Below are positions 1-9,836 of a stretch of 64,000 nucleotides of DNA, in pieces. Source of the DNA: Thermoanaerobaculia bacterium. Lineage in GTDB: Bacteria > Acidobacteriota > Thermoanaerobaculia > UBA5066. Below the pieces are notes generated by a model. The model was not told the origin of the DNA and searched no databases. It saw only the letters and a list, made by a program, of their open reading frames with translations. A program made the position numbers and the translations under genes. Every line of letters begins with the position of its first letter. Position 1 is the stretch's first letter. The stretch covers positions 32,452-96,451 of the forward strand of contig JAJVIN010000021.1 of assembly GCA_022071945.1 (NCBI GenBank), in the 5' to 3' direction.

Positions 1-1102
1 GGGGCCGCGATATTCCGCGGACGCCGCCCGCGGGGGTGGCATCCGGGTCGAGACGCCGGACGGCGGGAGGGGCGAACGAAGCCGGCGCCTGGGGCGCCTG
101 AGGCGGAGGCACGGGCGCCGCGGCAGGCCGGGGCGGAACCGGAGCCGCCGGCGCCTGGGGGGCGGAAAGGTCCGGCAAGGCCGTGTCGATCGCGGAGATG
201 GGGCCGAGCTTCTCGGCAGCCGCCACCATCTGTCCGAGGTCCCGCAGCATCTGCCGTTCCTCTTCGCGGGCCTTGTACTCGTAGAGAGCCAGAGCGAAGT
301 CGTTCCCTCTCTGATAGCGGCTGGCGGGGTCTTTCGCAAGAGCCTTCGTCAGGACCGTCACGAGCTCCGAGGGCATCGAGGCGTCGTACGCCTGAGGCGG
401 CGTGAAGGCCTCATGGACGATCTTGTAAGAGATCTGGGTGAGGTTCTCTCCCGAGAAGGGCTTCTTTCTCGTGAGGAGCTCGTAGAGCACGACACCGAGG
501 GAGAACAGGTCACTTCTTCCGTCGACGGCCTCTCCCGTTACCTGCTCGGGAGACATGTAGTTCGGCGTGCCGAGGAACTGCCCGGTCGAGGTCAGGTTCG
601 ATTTCTCGATCTTGGCGATCCCGAAGTCGGTGATCTTCACCACTCCATCGGGTGTGATGATGATGTTGGCCGGCTTGACGTCGCGGTGGACGATCCCTCG
701 CCGGTGAGCGTAGTCGAGCGCCTCGGCGACTTGCCCGACGATTTCTGCGGCTCGCTCGTAGGTGAACGCCGTCCTTTCCTGCAGGAGCTGCTTGACGTTC
801 TTCCCTTCGACGTACTCCATCGCGATGAAGGACGTCGTGGTGACCGGGTCCTCCCCGACATCGTGAACGGTGACGATGTTCGGGTGAGACAGGATCCCGG
901 CGGCCTGAGCCTCCCTCAGGAACCGCTCTCGGAACTCTTTCTGCTCGGCGTCATCCTCGCCGACCGCGCGGATGGTCTTGAGGGCCACCATCCGCCCGAT
1001 GACGGGGTCTCGCCCGAGATACACGATCCCCATGGCTCCCTTACCCAGCTCACGGACGACCTCGTATCGGCCGAGTTTCTTGAGGGAGTTCGGCCCGGAC
1101 AA
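1..1102 (-). CDS. Hanks-type Ser/Thr protein kinase, 3' partial. The kinase domain is followed by a Pro/Ala-rich linker that continues past the window edge.
   Basis: Minus-strand translation gives LGRYEVVRELGKGAMGIVYLGRDPVIGRMVALKTIR (G-loop and VAIK) and ITPDGVVKITDFGIAKIEKS (DFG). It is absent from the ORF track because no stop lies in the window. The start codon is uncertain: TTG at 1102 or CTG at about 1126. Confidence 0.8.
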   Translation of the reverse strand, partial: MSGPNSLKKLGRYEVVRELGKGAMGIVYLGRDPVIGRMVALKTIRAVGEDDAEQKEFRERFLREAQAAGILSHPNIVTVHDVGEDPVTTTSFIAMEYVEGKNVKQLLQERTAFTYERAAEIVGQVAEALDYAHRRGIVHRDVKPANIIITPDGVVKITDFGIAKIEKSNLTSTGQFLGTPNYMSPEQVTGEAVDGRSDLFSLGVVLYELLTRKKPFSGENLTQISYKIVHEAFTPPQAYDASMPSELVTVLTKALAKDPASRYQRGNDFALALYEYKAREEERQMLRDLGQMVAAAEKLGPISAIDTALPDLSAPQAPAAPVPPRPAAAPVPPPQAPQAPASFAPPAVRRLDPDATPAGGVRGISRP

Positions 1103-1312
1103 CCCCGATTCGGTCGGCAGAAAACCTCCTCGTGCGCGGCAAACGGCTCGAGCCGTCTGCCTTCAATCTGTTACAACCAACTCAAAATTCTAGGTTGCGG
1201 GGATGGGAAGGTCAACGCGAGACCTTCCGTGCCGTCCGGAGCGGCTTTTTCCCGCGCGGCAAACCCTATAATCCGGCGCGGATCTTTACCTCTAGTTTTA
1301 GGAGGGGACCGG

Positions 1313-3400
1313 ATGAAGGTTTACCCGGCATCGGCCATCCATAACGTCGTCGTGGCTGGCCACAACAGCGTGGGAAAGACGACACTGATCTCGGCGCTCT
1401 TGCACGAGGCGGGGGCCGTGACCCGCTTCGGACGTGTCGAGGACGGCACCGCACCGACGGACTTCGACCCCGAGGAGATCGAGCGGAAGATATCCATCGG
1501 TCTCGCCGTGGCGTCCCTCGAGTGGAGGAAGCGCAAGGTCAACCTGATTGACACCCCAGGTTACGGCATTTTCGAGTCCGAGATGGTCTGCGGCATGAGA
1601 GCCGCCGACTCCGCCATCATCGTCGTCGACGCGGTCGCCGGCGTCGAGGTCCAGACCGAACGCGCCTGGAGGGTCTCGGAAGACCTCGGCCTGCCGAAGG
1701 TGGTCGTGGTGAATAGGATGGACCGTGAGCGCGCCGATGGGACGAGGGTCTCCGAGCAGCTCGCGGCGAAGTTTGGACGCCGGTGCGTGTGCATCGAATC
1801 GCCCATCGGACGAGAGCGCGGATTCCGGGGCGTCATCGACCTGGTCGGTATGAAGGGATTCCTGACCGACGACGCCGGCAAGACGAGCGAAGGCCCCATC
1901 CCGGCCGAGTTCTCGGCGGAGGCCGCCAGCCTGCACGAAGCCCTCGTCGAGATGGTCGCCGAGGGAGACGACGCCTTGATGGAGACCTTCTTCTCCCAGG
2001 GCAGCCTCACCGAGGAGCAGATGCTCCCGGCGCTCAGGAAAGCCATCCGGGACCGGAAGATCATCCCCGTCCTCTTCGCCGCCGCCGGCAACCACGAGAC
2101 CGGCGTCGAGAAGATCCTCGACGAGATCGTCGACCTCCTGCCCACCTCGGACAGCTTCACCGTCGCGGCGAGGATGAAGGATGGAAAGCCCGACGTCCTC
2201 TCCGCCGACACGGCTGGCCCGGCCGGCGCCTTTGTTTTCAAGACGATCTCCGACCCGTTCTCCGGGCGCCTCAGCCTGTTCCGGGTCTACTCGGGCTCCA
2301 TCAAGGCGGACGGCACGTACTGGAATTCAACCCGCGAGACGGCCGAGAGGTTCGGAACGGTCTTTGCTCCTCTCGGCAAACAGCTCAACGCCGTTCCCGA
2401 GATTCCGGCCGGCGACATCGGGTGCGTCGCCAAGCTAAAGGACACTCTGACCGGAGACTCTCTCGCCACCAAGGAAAAGCCGCTCTCCTTCGACCCGATC
2501 AAATTCCCCGAACCCGCTATTTCGTTCGCGATCGAGCCGAAATCCAAGGGGGACGAGGACAAGATCTCCGCCGCGATCCAGCGACTCGTCGACGAGGATC
2601 CGTCCCTCAGGCTTTCGCGTGACGCCGATACCCAGGAGTTTCTCCTGGCCGGGTCGGGCCAGCTCCACGTCGAGATCGCCATCGCGCGCATGAAGCGCAA
2701 GTCGAACGTCGAGGTCATCCTGCACCCGCCGAAGGTCCCGTACCGCGAGACCATCACCCGCAACGCCGAGGCCCACGGGCGGCACAAGAAGCAGACGGGC
2801 GGGCACGGCCAGTTCGCCGACTGCAAGATCCGGGTGGCTCCCCTGCCGCGCGGCGCCGACTTCCAGTTCATCGACGACATCTTCGGCGGCTCCATCCCCA
2901 GGCAGTTCATTCCCGCGGTGGAGAAGGGTGTCCAGGAAGCCCGCAAGAGGGGGTTCTTGGCCGGCTTCCCCATGGTCGACTTCAAGGTCGAGCTCTTCGA
3001 CGGTCAGTACCACGACGTCGACTCCTCGGAAATGGCGTTCAAGATCGCGGGCACCCTCGCCTACAAGGACGCCATGGCCAAGGCGAACCCCATCATCCTC
3101 GAGCCGATCGTCGCGGTCACCGTGCGCGCCCCGCAGGAGTACATGGGTGACATCATGGGCGACCTGACGTCCCGCCGCGGACGCCCGTCCGGCATGGAAA
3201 CCGAGGGCGAGGATTCGATCATCAAGGCCGAGGTCCCGATGTCGGAGATGCTCTCCTACGCTCCCGTCCTGCGGTCGATCACCCAGGGCAGAGGGTCCTT
3301 CCACATGGAGATGGACCACTACGAGGAGCTGCCGCGCATGCTCCAGGACAAGCTCGTCGCCGAACGAGCCAAGCTGAAGAAGGCCGAGGCCGAAGAGTAG
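1313..3400 (+). CDS. Elongation factor G family translational GTPase (EF-G paralog).
   Basis: ATG at 1313 is preceded by GGAGGGG. The N-terminus reads AGHNSVGKTTL...DTPG...NRMD (G1, G3 and G4 motifs), followed by EF-G domains II to V. The 413..3400 track ORF is a fusion artefact with antisense kinase sequence upstream. Confidence 0.85.
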   Translation: MKVYPASAIHNVVVAGHNSVGKTTLISALLHEAGAVTRFGRVEDGTAPTDFDPEEIERKISIGLAVASLEWRKRKVNLIDTPGYGIFESEMVCGMRAADSAIIVVDAVAGVEVQTERAWRVSEDLGLPKVVVVNRMDRERADGTRVSEQLAAKFGRRCVCIESPIGRERGFRGVIDLVGMKGFLTDDAGKTSEGPIPAEFSAEAASLHEALVEMVAEGDDALMETFFSQGSLTEEQMLPALRKAIRDRKIIPVLFAAAGNHETGVEKILDEIVDLLPTSDSFTVAARMKDGKPDVLSADTAGPAGAFVFKTISDPFSGRLSLFRVYSGSIKADGTYWNSTRETAERFGTVFAPLGKQLNAVPEIPAGDIGCVAKLKDTLTGDSLATKEKPLSFDPIKFPEPAISFAIEPKSKGDEDKISAAIQRLVDEDPSLRLSRDADTQEFLLAGSGQLHVEIAIARMKRKSNVEVILHPPKVPYRETITRNAEAHGRHKKQTGGHGQFADCKIRVAPLPRGADFQFIDDIFGGSIPRQFIPAVEKGVQEARKRGFLAGFPMVDFKVELFDGQYHDVDSSEMAFKIAGTLAYKDAMAKANPIILEPIVAVTVRAPQEYMGDIMGDLTSRRGRPSGMETEGEDSIIKAEVPMSEMLSYAPVLRSITQGRGSFHMEMDHYEELPRMLQDKLVAERAKLKKAEAEE

Positions 3401-3426
3401 CCTGCCCTCGCCCCCCAGAGATCTCA

Positions 3427-3451
3427 GGGCCGCCGGAGCACCCGGCGGCCC
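3427..3451. terminator. Perfect 10-bp hairpin (GGGCCGCCGG agcac CCGGCGGCCC) between convergent genes.
   Basis: The inverted repeat is read directly from the sequence, 27 nt after the EF-G stop. Confidence 0.6.
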
Positions 3452-3547
3452 TTGTCGTTCGTGCCCTCCTCGCGACGGCTGGCGGTCCCTCACAAGCGAA
3501 AACCGGGGCGCAAGGCCCCGGTTCTCAACCTGTCGATGACTGACCGA

Positions 3548-5221
3548 TCAGCGCACGAGGGTGTTGTTGCTCACGAGGAACCGCCGGGTTCCGGCGCTCG
3601 CCGGCCCGCGGGAGTCCCACACCTCGATCTGCAGGTCGTGCTCGCTGTTGGAGAGGAGCGTCGTGTCGAGGTAGAAGCGGAACCGCGCGTTGGCCGAGCC
3701 GCTGTAGTTCGGGTAGACATCCTCGATGTCCGAGCTCGGGAGCCCGTACTCGGCGTAGTCCACCTTCCGGACGGCGTCGATCTGCGGGATCCCGTCGACG
3801 AGCAGGCGCACCTTCTGGACACCGTCGAGGTCGAGCGTCCAGCCGACGACCGTGTAGATGCCGTTGATGAACTTGTAGTTCGTCGGGTCCTCGATGAGGC
3901 CGATCGGGGGCGGGTCGAGGTTGGCCGTCGCGCAATGCATGTTGATCGGGATCGAGGCGATTTCCTTGTACTGGTTTTCCTTGTCGTACGCCTTGATCTG
4001 GAGCATGTGGGCGCCTTCCTTGAACCCCTTCTGGGTCAAGAGCCAGCCGACGTCGACGGCGAAGTGGAAGCCACAGTTCGGGGCCTGCTGGAATCCCGGA
4101 TACAAGACCTCGATGTCCGGACGGTAGTAGCCGTAGCAGTCGAGGAGCTTGTTCCCGAGATTGGAGATTCGTCCGCAATTGAGGCGGCTGTCCTTGATGG
4201 TGACGCCGTCGATCTCGACCTGCACGTGCGAGACGCCGCCCCGATCCTGGTAGGTCGATGTGTCGAGCGCCCATCCAGTCACGTACATGACGAAGCGAGG
4301 ATCGCGAATGAAGCCAGGATCTCCCGAGGGTCCCGGTCCGCCAAGCTGCACGAAGCAGTTTCCGAACCAGTTCGCGTTCAGCATCGGGTACTCGACCTCG
4401 CCGAACGGAGGCAGGTTGCCCGCGCCAACGCCCAGGACCTGGAACCGGCGACTCCCGAGGAGCCCCTTCTGTCCCTGATCATCGACCGCCATGACCGACA
4501 GGCGGTACCACCCGGCCGGGTACTTCGTGGCGTCGATGTTCATGATGAAGCCAGAGAGCAGCGACTCGGGAACGCCCGGATAGTTCCCATAGACATCCGG
4601 ACGGTAGACGCCCAGCACCGCCTGGCGCTCCTGGAGGTCGTTCACGTAGATCTCGACGTGGTCGATGCGGCGGTCATCGAGCGACCAGCCGGCGACCTGC
4701 AGGACGCCATTCCCGTGGACCGAGGCATTCTCCTTCGGGAAATCGAGGCTCCCGAACGGCGCCTGGTTCTTCCTGTTGTCGAGCCTCACACGGCGCGGCG
4801 CCAGGAAGTAGGCGCAGCCGGTCCGGTCCGTGATCCTCACGTAGATCGTCTGCGTCCCGTTCGAGTAGTTCGAGCCCCGGAAGCTGGTCTCGAAGCCCGG
4901 GTGCTCGCCCGGAGTTCCCGCGTACGCCGGGAAGGCCTGCACGACGTCGGGACGCGGAAGGTTGATGTTCGTCCCGCCGGGCGCCGTCACGCGGTTCGCT
5001 TCCTCCTGGCCGCCGACGTAGAGATCCACGTTGGAGACCTCGTTGCCGTTGAGGAAGAAGCCCTTCACGCGGACGAAGCCGGACACGACGGCCATCTCGG
5101 CCGGTTGCTCGATCACGCCCACGGTCTGAGCCGGACACCCTTCGCCGTTCTGAGCCTTGGCCGGCGCCGCCAGCACAAGACCGAAAGCAAGGGCAGGGAG
5201 GACTGCGGCTCTGAGTCTCAT
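3548..5221 (-). CDS. Secreted protein with four tandem beta-sandwich-like repeats of about 120 aa.
   Basis: Signal peptide MRLRAAVLPALAFGLVLAAPAKAQ follows a GGAGGG RBS. The repeats share GW(S/A/T)LD....V.V.VDG....RPD...YP motifs. The longer track ORF begins upstream at an unsupported start. Confidence 0.7.
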   Translation of the reverse strand: MRLRAAVLPALAFGLVLAAPAKAQNGEGCPAQTVGVIEQPAEMAVVSGFVRVKGFFLNGNEVSNVDLYVGGQEEANRVTAPGGTNINLPRPDVVQAFPAYAGTPGEHPGFETSFRGSNYSNGTQTIYVRITDRTGCAYFLAPRRVRLDNRKNQAPFGSLDFPKENASVHGNGVLQVAGWSLDDRRIDHVEIYVNDLQERQAVLGVYRPDVYGNYPGVPESLLSGFIMNIDATKYPAGWYRLSVMAVDDQGQKGLLGSRRFQVLGVGAGNLPPFGEVEYPMLNANWFGNCFVQLGGPGPSGDPGFIRDPRFVMYVTGWALDTSTYQDRGGVSHVQVEIDGVTIKDSRLNCGRISNLGNKLLDCYGYYRPDIEVLYPGFQQAPNCGFHFAVDVGWLLTQKGFKEGAHMLQIKAYDKENQYKEIASIPINMHCATANLDPPPIGLIEDPTNYKFINGIYTVVGWTLDLDGVQKVRLLVDGIPQIDAVRKVDYAEYGLPSSDIEDVYPNYSGSANARFRFYLDTTLLSNSEHDLQIEVWDSRGPASAGTRRFLVSNNTLVR

Positions 5222-5435
5222 CAAATTCCCTCCGTCCGGACTGAAGTCTCTACGAAACATTCGCCTGCTTTCCTTTCGGCGGCCGGACACATCGAGCCCG
5301 GCCGGTGCGAGCCTTTCGATCCGTTGGTCTTGGGGAGATTCTAGGAGCCGTGGATAAGGGGTGTCAAATTGTTCCGCATCCCCCACGCCTCGAAGTCGAA
5401 GGCGCCCCCGTGCGGCTAGGGTAGCATTCGGCCGA

Positions 5436-6494
5436 ATGGCGCTCTCTCCCCGATCGAAAAAAGCTCTCAACATCGGTATTTCCCTGGGGCTGACAGCCCT
5501 GCTCCTCACCCTGTTCCTGAGAAACCTGGACTTCGCCCAAGTCGGCCACTCGATCCGCAACGCCGATCCGCTATGGCTCGGGTCCGCTCTCGTGGCCTCT
5601 CTCGTCGTCATCCCGATTCGATCCTGGCGCTGGACCATCCTCCTCCATCACGCCGGCCCGCTCCGGCAGACCGACGCCATCGCCGCCACCTGCATCGGAT
5701 TCGCGGCCACGACGCTCTTGCCCGCCCGGGCGGGCGAGGTGGTCAGGCCCGTCGCCCTCGCCCGGATGTCCGACAAGCCCGTGAGCCCCTTTCTGGCCTC
5801 GGTCGGCCTCGAGAGGCTCATCGACCTCATCGTCATCCTCCTCCTCTTTCTCGCGTTTGCCCTGGGCGGATACATGCCCCAGGGCCTCGCCCCGGCCGAA
5901 CGGACAGCCTTTCTCATCCTCCAGCGCTCCGCGTACCTTGCCGGGACGGGCTCGATCATCGTCTTGGCCGTAATGACGTTCCTCGCCGTGCGGCGCGACC
6001 TGAGGACCCGGTGGGCCTCGAAGTTCCTCTCGTTCCTTCCGGAACGGTTCGAACACCGTCTCCGCCCCATCCTGATGGGCCTCCTTCAGGGCTTGGACGC
6101 CCTCGACTGTCCGAAACGAGGGCTCCTTCTGGCGTCCTCCTCCATCTTCATGTGGCTCGTGATCTGCCTGCAGCTGTACGCCACGCTGCGGGCATTCGAG
6201 TTCAACTTTCCCTTCCCCATCACATTTTGGGTGCTGGCCTGGGGAATCCTGGGTCTGGCGATCCCCACTCCGGGGGGCGTGGGTGGCTACCACAAGGCGG
6301 TTGCCTACTCCCTGACGGGTTTCTACGGCGCCTCCACTTCCGAGGCGGCCGGGTTCGCGATCGTCTCGCACGCCGTTTCGTTCGTTCCCATCACGATTCT
6401 GGGCCTCGCGTTCCTGGCGCTTCAGGGGACTTCGTTCGGCCGTCTCGCGGCGGAATCGGACTCGTCCCCCGTGCCCGAAAAGGGCGCAGAATAA
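5436..6494 (+). CDS. Polytopic membrane protein of the lysylphosphatidylglycerol-synthase transmembrane-region (UPF0104, flippase-like) family.
   Basis: It has about 8 hydrophobic helices and the conserved R..W pattern typical of the family. The start is chosen at MALSPRSKK. Confidence 0.55.
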   Translation: MALSPRSKKALNIGISLGLTALLLTLFLRNLDFAQVGHSIRNADPLWLGSALVASLVVIPIRSWRWTILLHHAGPLRQTDAIAATCIGFAATTLLPARAGEVVRPVALARMSDKPVSPFLASVGLERLIDLIVILLLFLAFALGGYMPQGLAPAERTAFLILQRSAYLAGTGSIIVLAVMTFLAVRRDLRTRWASKFLSFLPERFEHRLRPILMGLLQGLDALDCPKRGLLLASSSIFMWLVICLQLYATLRAFEFNFPFPITFWVLAWGILGLAIPTPGGVGGYHKAVAYSLTGFYGASTSEAAGFAIVSHAVSFVPITILGLAFLALQGTSFGRLAAESDSSPVPEKGAE

Positions 6495-6500
6495 GCCGCG

Positions 6501-6983
6501 ATGAGGTGTCCCTACTGCGGTAGCACCGACGACCACGTCGTCGACTCCCGGGAGAGCCGTGAGGGCGCCGTGATCAGGCGGCGGCGAGAGTGCCACCAGT
6601 GCACCCGACGGTTCACCTCCTACGAAACGGTCGAGGAAGTCCCGCTTTTTGTCGTCAAGAAGGACGGCAGGCGCGAGGAGTTCAACCGGACGAAGCTCCT
6701 GCACGGCCTCAGGCGAGCCTGCGAGAAACGCCCCGTGGAGACCCGGAGCCTCGAGTCGATCTGTGACGAGGTCGAGGCGGCCCTGAACGGACGCGAAGGG
6801 CGCGAGATGACGACGGCCGACATCGGCTCGCTCGTCATGGAGCACCTCAAGGAGCTCGACCAGGTCGCCTACGTCCGGTTCGCCTCGGTCTACAGGCGAT
6901 TCGAGGACCTGGGAGACTTCGTCGACGAACTCAAACAGCTCCTCGGCCGGTCCCCCACTCACCCGGCCCCCTCGAAAGGATGA
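6501..6983 (+). CDS. nrdR: Transcriptional repressor NrdR.
   Basis: MRCPYCGSTDDHVVDSRE...CHQC is the zinc ribbon, followed by an ATP-cone. Confidence 0.9.
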   Translation: MRCPYCGSTDDHVVDSRESREGAVIRRRRECHQCTRRFTSYETVEEVPLFVVKKDGRREEFNRTKLLHGLRRACEKRPVETRSLESICDEVEAALNGREGREMTTADIGSLVMEHLKELDQVAYVRFASVYRRFEDLGDFVDELKQLLGRSPTHPAPSKG

Positions 6984-6989
6984 GTCTTC

Positions 6990-7412
6990 ATGCGGCAGCG
7001 CCGGCGCCCCCCTCCGTTTTCGTTCCTCCTGCACGACCTCGATGCCGGAGAAGGAGCGGCTTCTCCCTCGCTGACGGGACCGCCCGTCGATATCGTGGAC
7101 GATGGGAAGGCCTGGAGGCTCGTCTTCGAGATTCCCGGTTCCATCCCGAGCCGGCTCGACCTCGAGATCACGGGCCGGATCGTCGTCTTGCGAGGCGAGC
7201 GCCGGGCCACGGAGGGGGAACCCGGGCAGTTCATCCGCGTCGAAAGAGTCCCGGGGCCGTTCGAAAGGGCCCTCGAGCTGCCGGACGACCCGGATCCCGA
7301 TAGGACCAAGGCCTCCTTTTCGGACGGCCTTCTCACGGTCACCATTCCCAGGCTCAATCGGGAGTCGTCCCGCACGATTCCCATTCGCCGGACCGACACC
7401 AGCAAGAGGTAG
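6990..7412 (+). CDS. Hsp20 / alpha-crystallin family small heat-shock protein.
   Basis: The alpha-crystallin domain pattern is W.L..E.PG........I......L.I.GER....E...F.R.ERV.G.F.R...LP. It lies directly upstream of lon. Confidence 0.75.
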   Translation: MRQRRRPPPFSFLLHDLDAGEGAASPSLTGPPVDIVDDGKAWRLVFEIPGSIPSRLDLEITGRIVVLRGERRATEGEPGQFIRVERVPGPFERALELPDDPDPDRTKASFSDGLLTVTIPRLNRESSRTIPIRRTDTSKR

Positions 7413-7418
7413 GAAACG

Positions 7419-9836
7419 ATGGCCAACAGCAGCTCCGGGTCCTCTTCAGGAAGCGACGTCGAAACGATTCCAGAGTTCCTCCCCGTCCTTCCCCTGAAAG
7501 ACGTCGTTCTCTATCCCTTCGTCATCGTTCCGCTCTCCGTTTCCCGCGAGAAGTCGATCGCCGCGGTCGACGCCGGCCTCTCCGAGCAGCGCGTCATGCT
7601 CCTCGTCGCCCAGAAGGACGGCACCGTCGAGGAACCAGGGCCGCAGGATCTCCCCGAGATCGGGACCGCCGCCTCGATCCTCAGGATGCTCAAGCTGCCC
7701 GACGGGCGCGTCCGCCTCCTCGTCCAGGGATTGGCCCGGATGAAGATCGAGACGTTCGTGCAGGAGACGCCGTACCTGCGGGCGCGCGTCTCGCGCATTG
7801 CCGAGCCCGAGCCCCCGAAGCAGATGACCGAGGAGCTCGAGGCCATGCTCCGCAGCGCCAAGGAGGGCCTGGACAAGGCCGTTTCCCTGGGCAAGGCGAT
7901 CTCCCCGGAGGTGATGCTGATCGCCTCGGGACTCGAGGACCCGGCCCGGCTTGCGGACCTGATCGCCTCGAATCTCGAGCTCAAGGTCGAGGAGACTCAG
8001 AAGATCCTCGAGATCATCTCCCCGATCGAGCGCCTCAAGGCCGTGCTCGAAATCCTCAGGCGCGAGATTCGCGTTCTTACCGTCCAGCAGGAGATCAGCG
8101 GAGCCGCCCGCGGCGAGATCGACAAGTCCCAGCGGGAGTACTTCCTCAGACAGCAATTGAAGGCGATCCAGCAAGAGCTCGGAATGACCGACGACCTGTC
8201 GGAGGAAATCGAGGCATACAGAAAAAAGATCCAGGCCAAGCACGTCCCCGACGACGTCGTCGAGGAGATCGAGAAGCAGATCAAGCGGCTCGAGCGGGGT
8301 TCTCCCGACTCCGCCGAGACGGGAATGCTCCGGACCTACCTCGAATGGCTCACCGGGCTGCCGTGGGGCACCTACTCCCAGGACAACCTCGACCTCGAGC
8401 GCGCCCGGCAGATCTTGGACGAGGACCACTACGGCCTCGAGAAGGTGAAGGAGCGAATCGTCGAGTTTCTGGCGGTGCGCAAGCTCGCCCCGGACTCGAA
8501 AGGTCCCATCCTCTGCTTCGTCGGACCTCCGGGTGTCGGGAAGACGTCACTCGGCCGCTCCATCGCCCGGGCCCTCGACCGGAAGTTCATCCGGCTCTCC
8601 CTGGGAGGGGTTCGCGACGAGGCCGAGATCCGGGGCCACAGGCGAACCTACATCGGAGCCTTGCCGGGACGCATCGTTCAGGGCATCAACCAGGCCAGCA
8701 CCTCCAACCCGGTCTTCATGCTCGACGAGGTCGACAAGATCGGCGCCGACTTCAGGGGCGACCCCTCCTCCGCCCTCCTCGAGGTCCTCGATCCGGAGCA
8801 GAACAAGACGTTCCGGGACCACTACCTCGGAGTCGTCTACGACCTCTCGAAGGTCCTCTTCATCACGACCGCCAACGTGCTCGACACGATCCAGGCAGCG
8901 TTTCTCGACCGGATGGAGGTCATCAGGCTCTCCGGATACACGCTCGAGGAAAAGCTCTCCATCGCGCGGCGGCACCTGATTCCGAAACAGAAGAAGGAAA
9001 ACGGACTCCCCGACGAGGGGATCGATTTCACCGAGGACTCGCTGCGCGCCATCATCGAGGACTACACGCGCGAAGCAGGGCTCCGAAACCTCGAGCGTGA
9101 GATCGGTTCCTGCTGCCGGAAGGTGGCCGTCCAGTTCGCCGCGGGCAAGAGGGATCCCGTCGAGGTGACGCCCCAGCACGTCCGGAAATTCCTGGGAGTT
9201 CCCAAGTTCTCCCGTGACGAGCGGCTCGAGGAGGACCAGGTGGGAGCCGCGACCGGGCTCGCCTGGACAGCCGTCGGCGGCGACGTCCTCATCGTCGAGG
9301 CCCGGAGAGTCAAGGGCAAGGGCCGGCTGCAGCTCACGGGACATCTGGGAGAGGTGATGAAGGAATCGGCTCAGGCCGCCCTCACCTTCCTTCGCTCCCG
9401 CGCAAAAGAGCTCGGCCTGTCGGAGACTTTCTACGAGAGCGCGGATATCCACGTCCACGTCCCGGAGGGCGCGATCCCCAAGGACGGCCCGTCGGCCGGA
9501 ATCACAATGGCGGCCGCCATGATCTCGGCCTTCACGGGACGGCCGATCAAGAAAGACGTCGCGATGACGGGCGAGATCACCCTGCGCGGGGACGTCCTGA
9601 TGATCGGCGGCGTCAAGGAGAAGGTGTTGGCCGCGCGCCGCGCCGGCATCAAGACCGTGATCCTCCCCCGAGAGAACGAACGCGACCTCGAGGAGATCCC
9701 CGAGGAGCTCAGACGCGACCTCGACTTCAAGTTCGTCCACACGGTCGACGAGGTGCTGCTGTCCGCGTTTGCCGCACCCCGGAAGAGCGCCCAGAAGGCC
9801 GCGGCCAAGCAATCCGGAAAGAGGCGCAAGCCGTGA
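7419..9836 (+). CDS. lon: ATP-dependent Lon protease.
   Basis: Lon N-terminal domain, Walker A GPPGVGKTS, and the catalytic PKDGPSAGITMAAAMIS...K dyad region. Confidence 0.95.
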   Translation: MANSSSGSSSGSDVETIPEFLPVLPLKDVVLYPFVIVPLSVSREKSIAAVDAGLSEQRVMLLVAQKDGTVEEPGPQDLPEIGTAASILRMLKLPDGRVRLLVQGLARMKIETFVQETPYLRARVSRIAEPEPPKQMTEELEAMLRSAKEGLDKAVSLGKAISPEVMLIASGLEDPARLADLIASNLELKVEETQKILEIISPIERLKAVLEILRREIRVLTVQQEISGAARGEIDKSQREYFLRQQLKAIQQELGMTDDLSEEIEAYRKKIQAKHVPDDVVEEIEKQIKRLERGSPDSAETGMLRTYLEWLTGLPWGTYSQDNLDLERARQILDEDHYGLEKVKERIVEFLAVRKLAPDSKGPILCFVGPPGVGKTSLGRSIARALDRKFIRLSLGGVRDEAEIRGHRRTYIGALPGRIVQGINQASTSNPVFMLDEVDKIGADFRGDPSSALLEVLDPEQNKTFRDHYLGVVYDLSKVLFITTANVLDTIQAAFLDRMEVIRLSGYTLEEKLSIARRHLIPKQKKENGLPDEGIDFTEDSLRAIIEDYTREAGLRNLEREIGSCCRKVAVQFAAGKRDPVEVTPQHVRKFLGVPKFSRDERLEEDQVGAATGLAWTAVGGDVLIVEARRVKGKGRLQLTGHLGEVMKESAQAALTFLRSRAKELGLSETFYESADIHVHVPEGAIPKDGPSAGITMAAAMISAFTGRPIKKDVAMTGEITLRGDVLMIGGVKEKVLAARRAGIKTVILPRENERDLEEIPEELRRDLDFKFVHTVDEVLLSAFAAPRKSAQKAAAKQSGKRRKP

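Noticed and set aside
413-3400. 995-aa ORF in the track.
   Set aside because: The first roughly 300 codons are the open antisense frame of the minus-strand kinase. The real gene is the EF-G paralog starting at 1313 with its own RBS.
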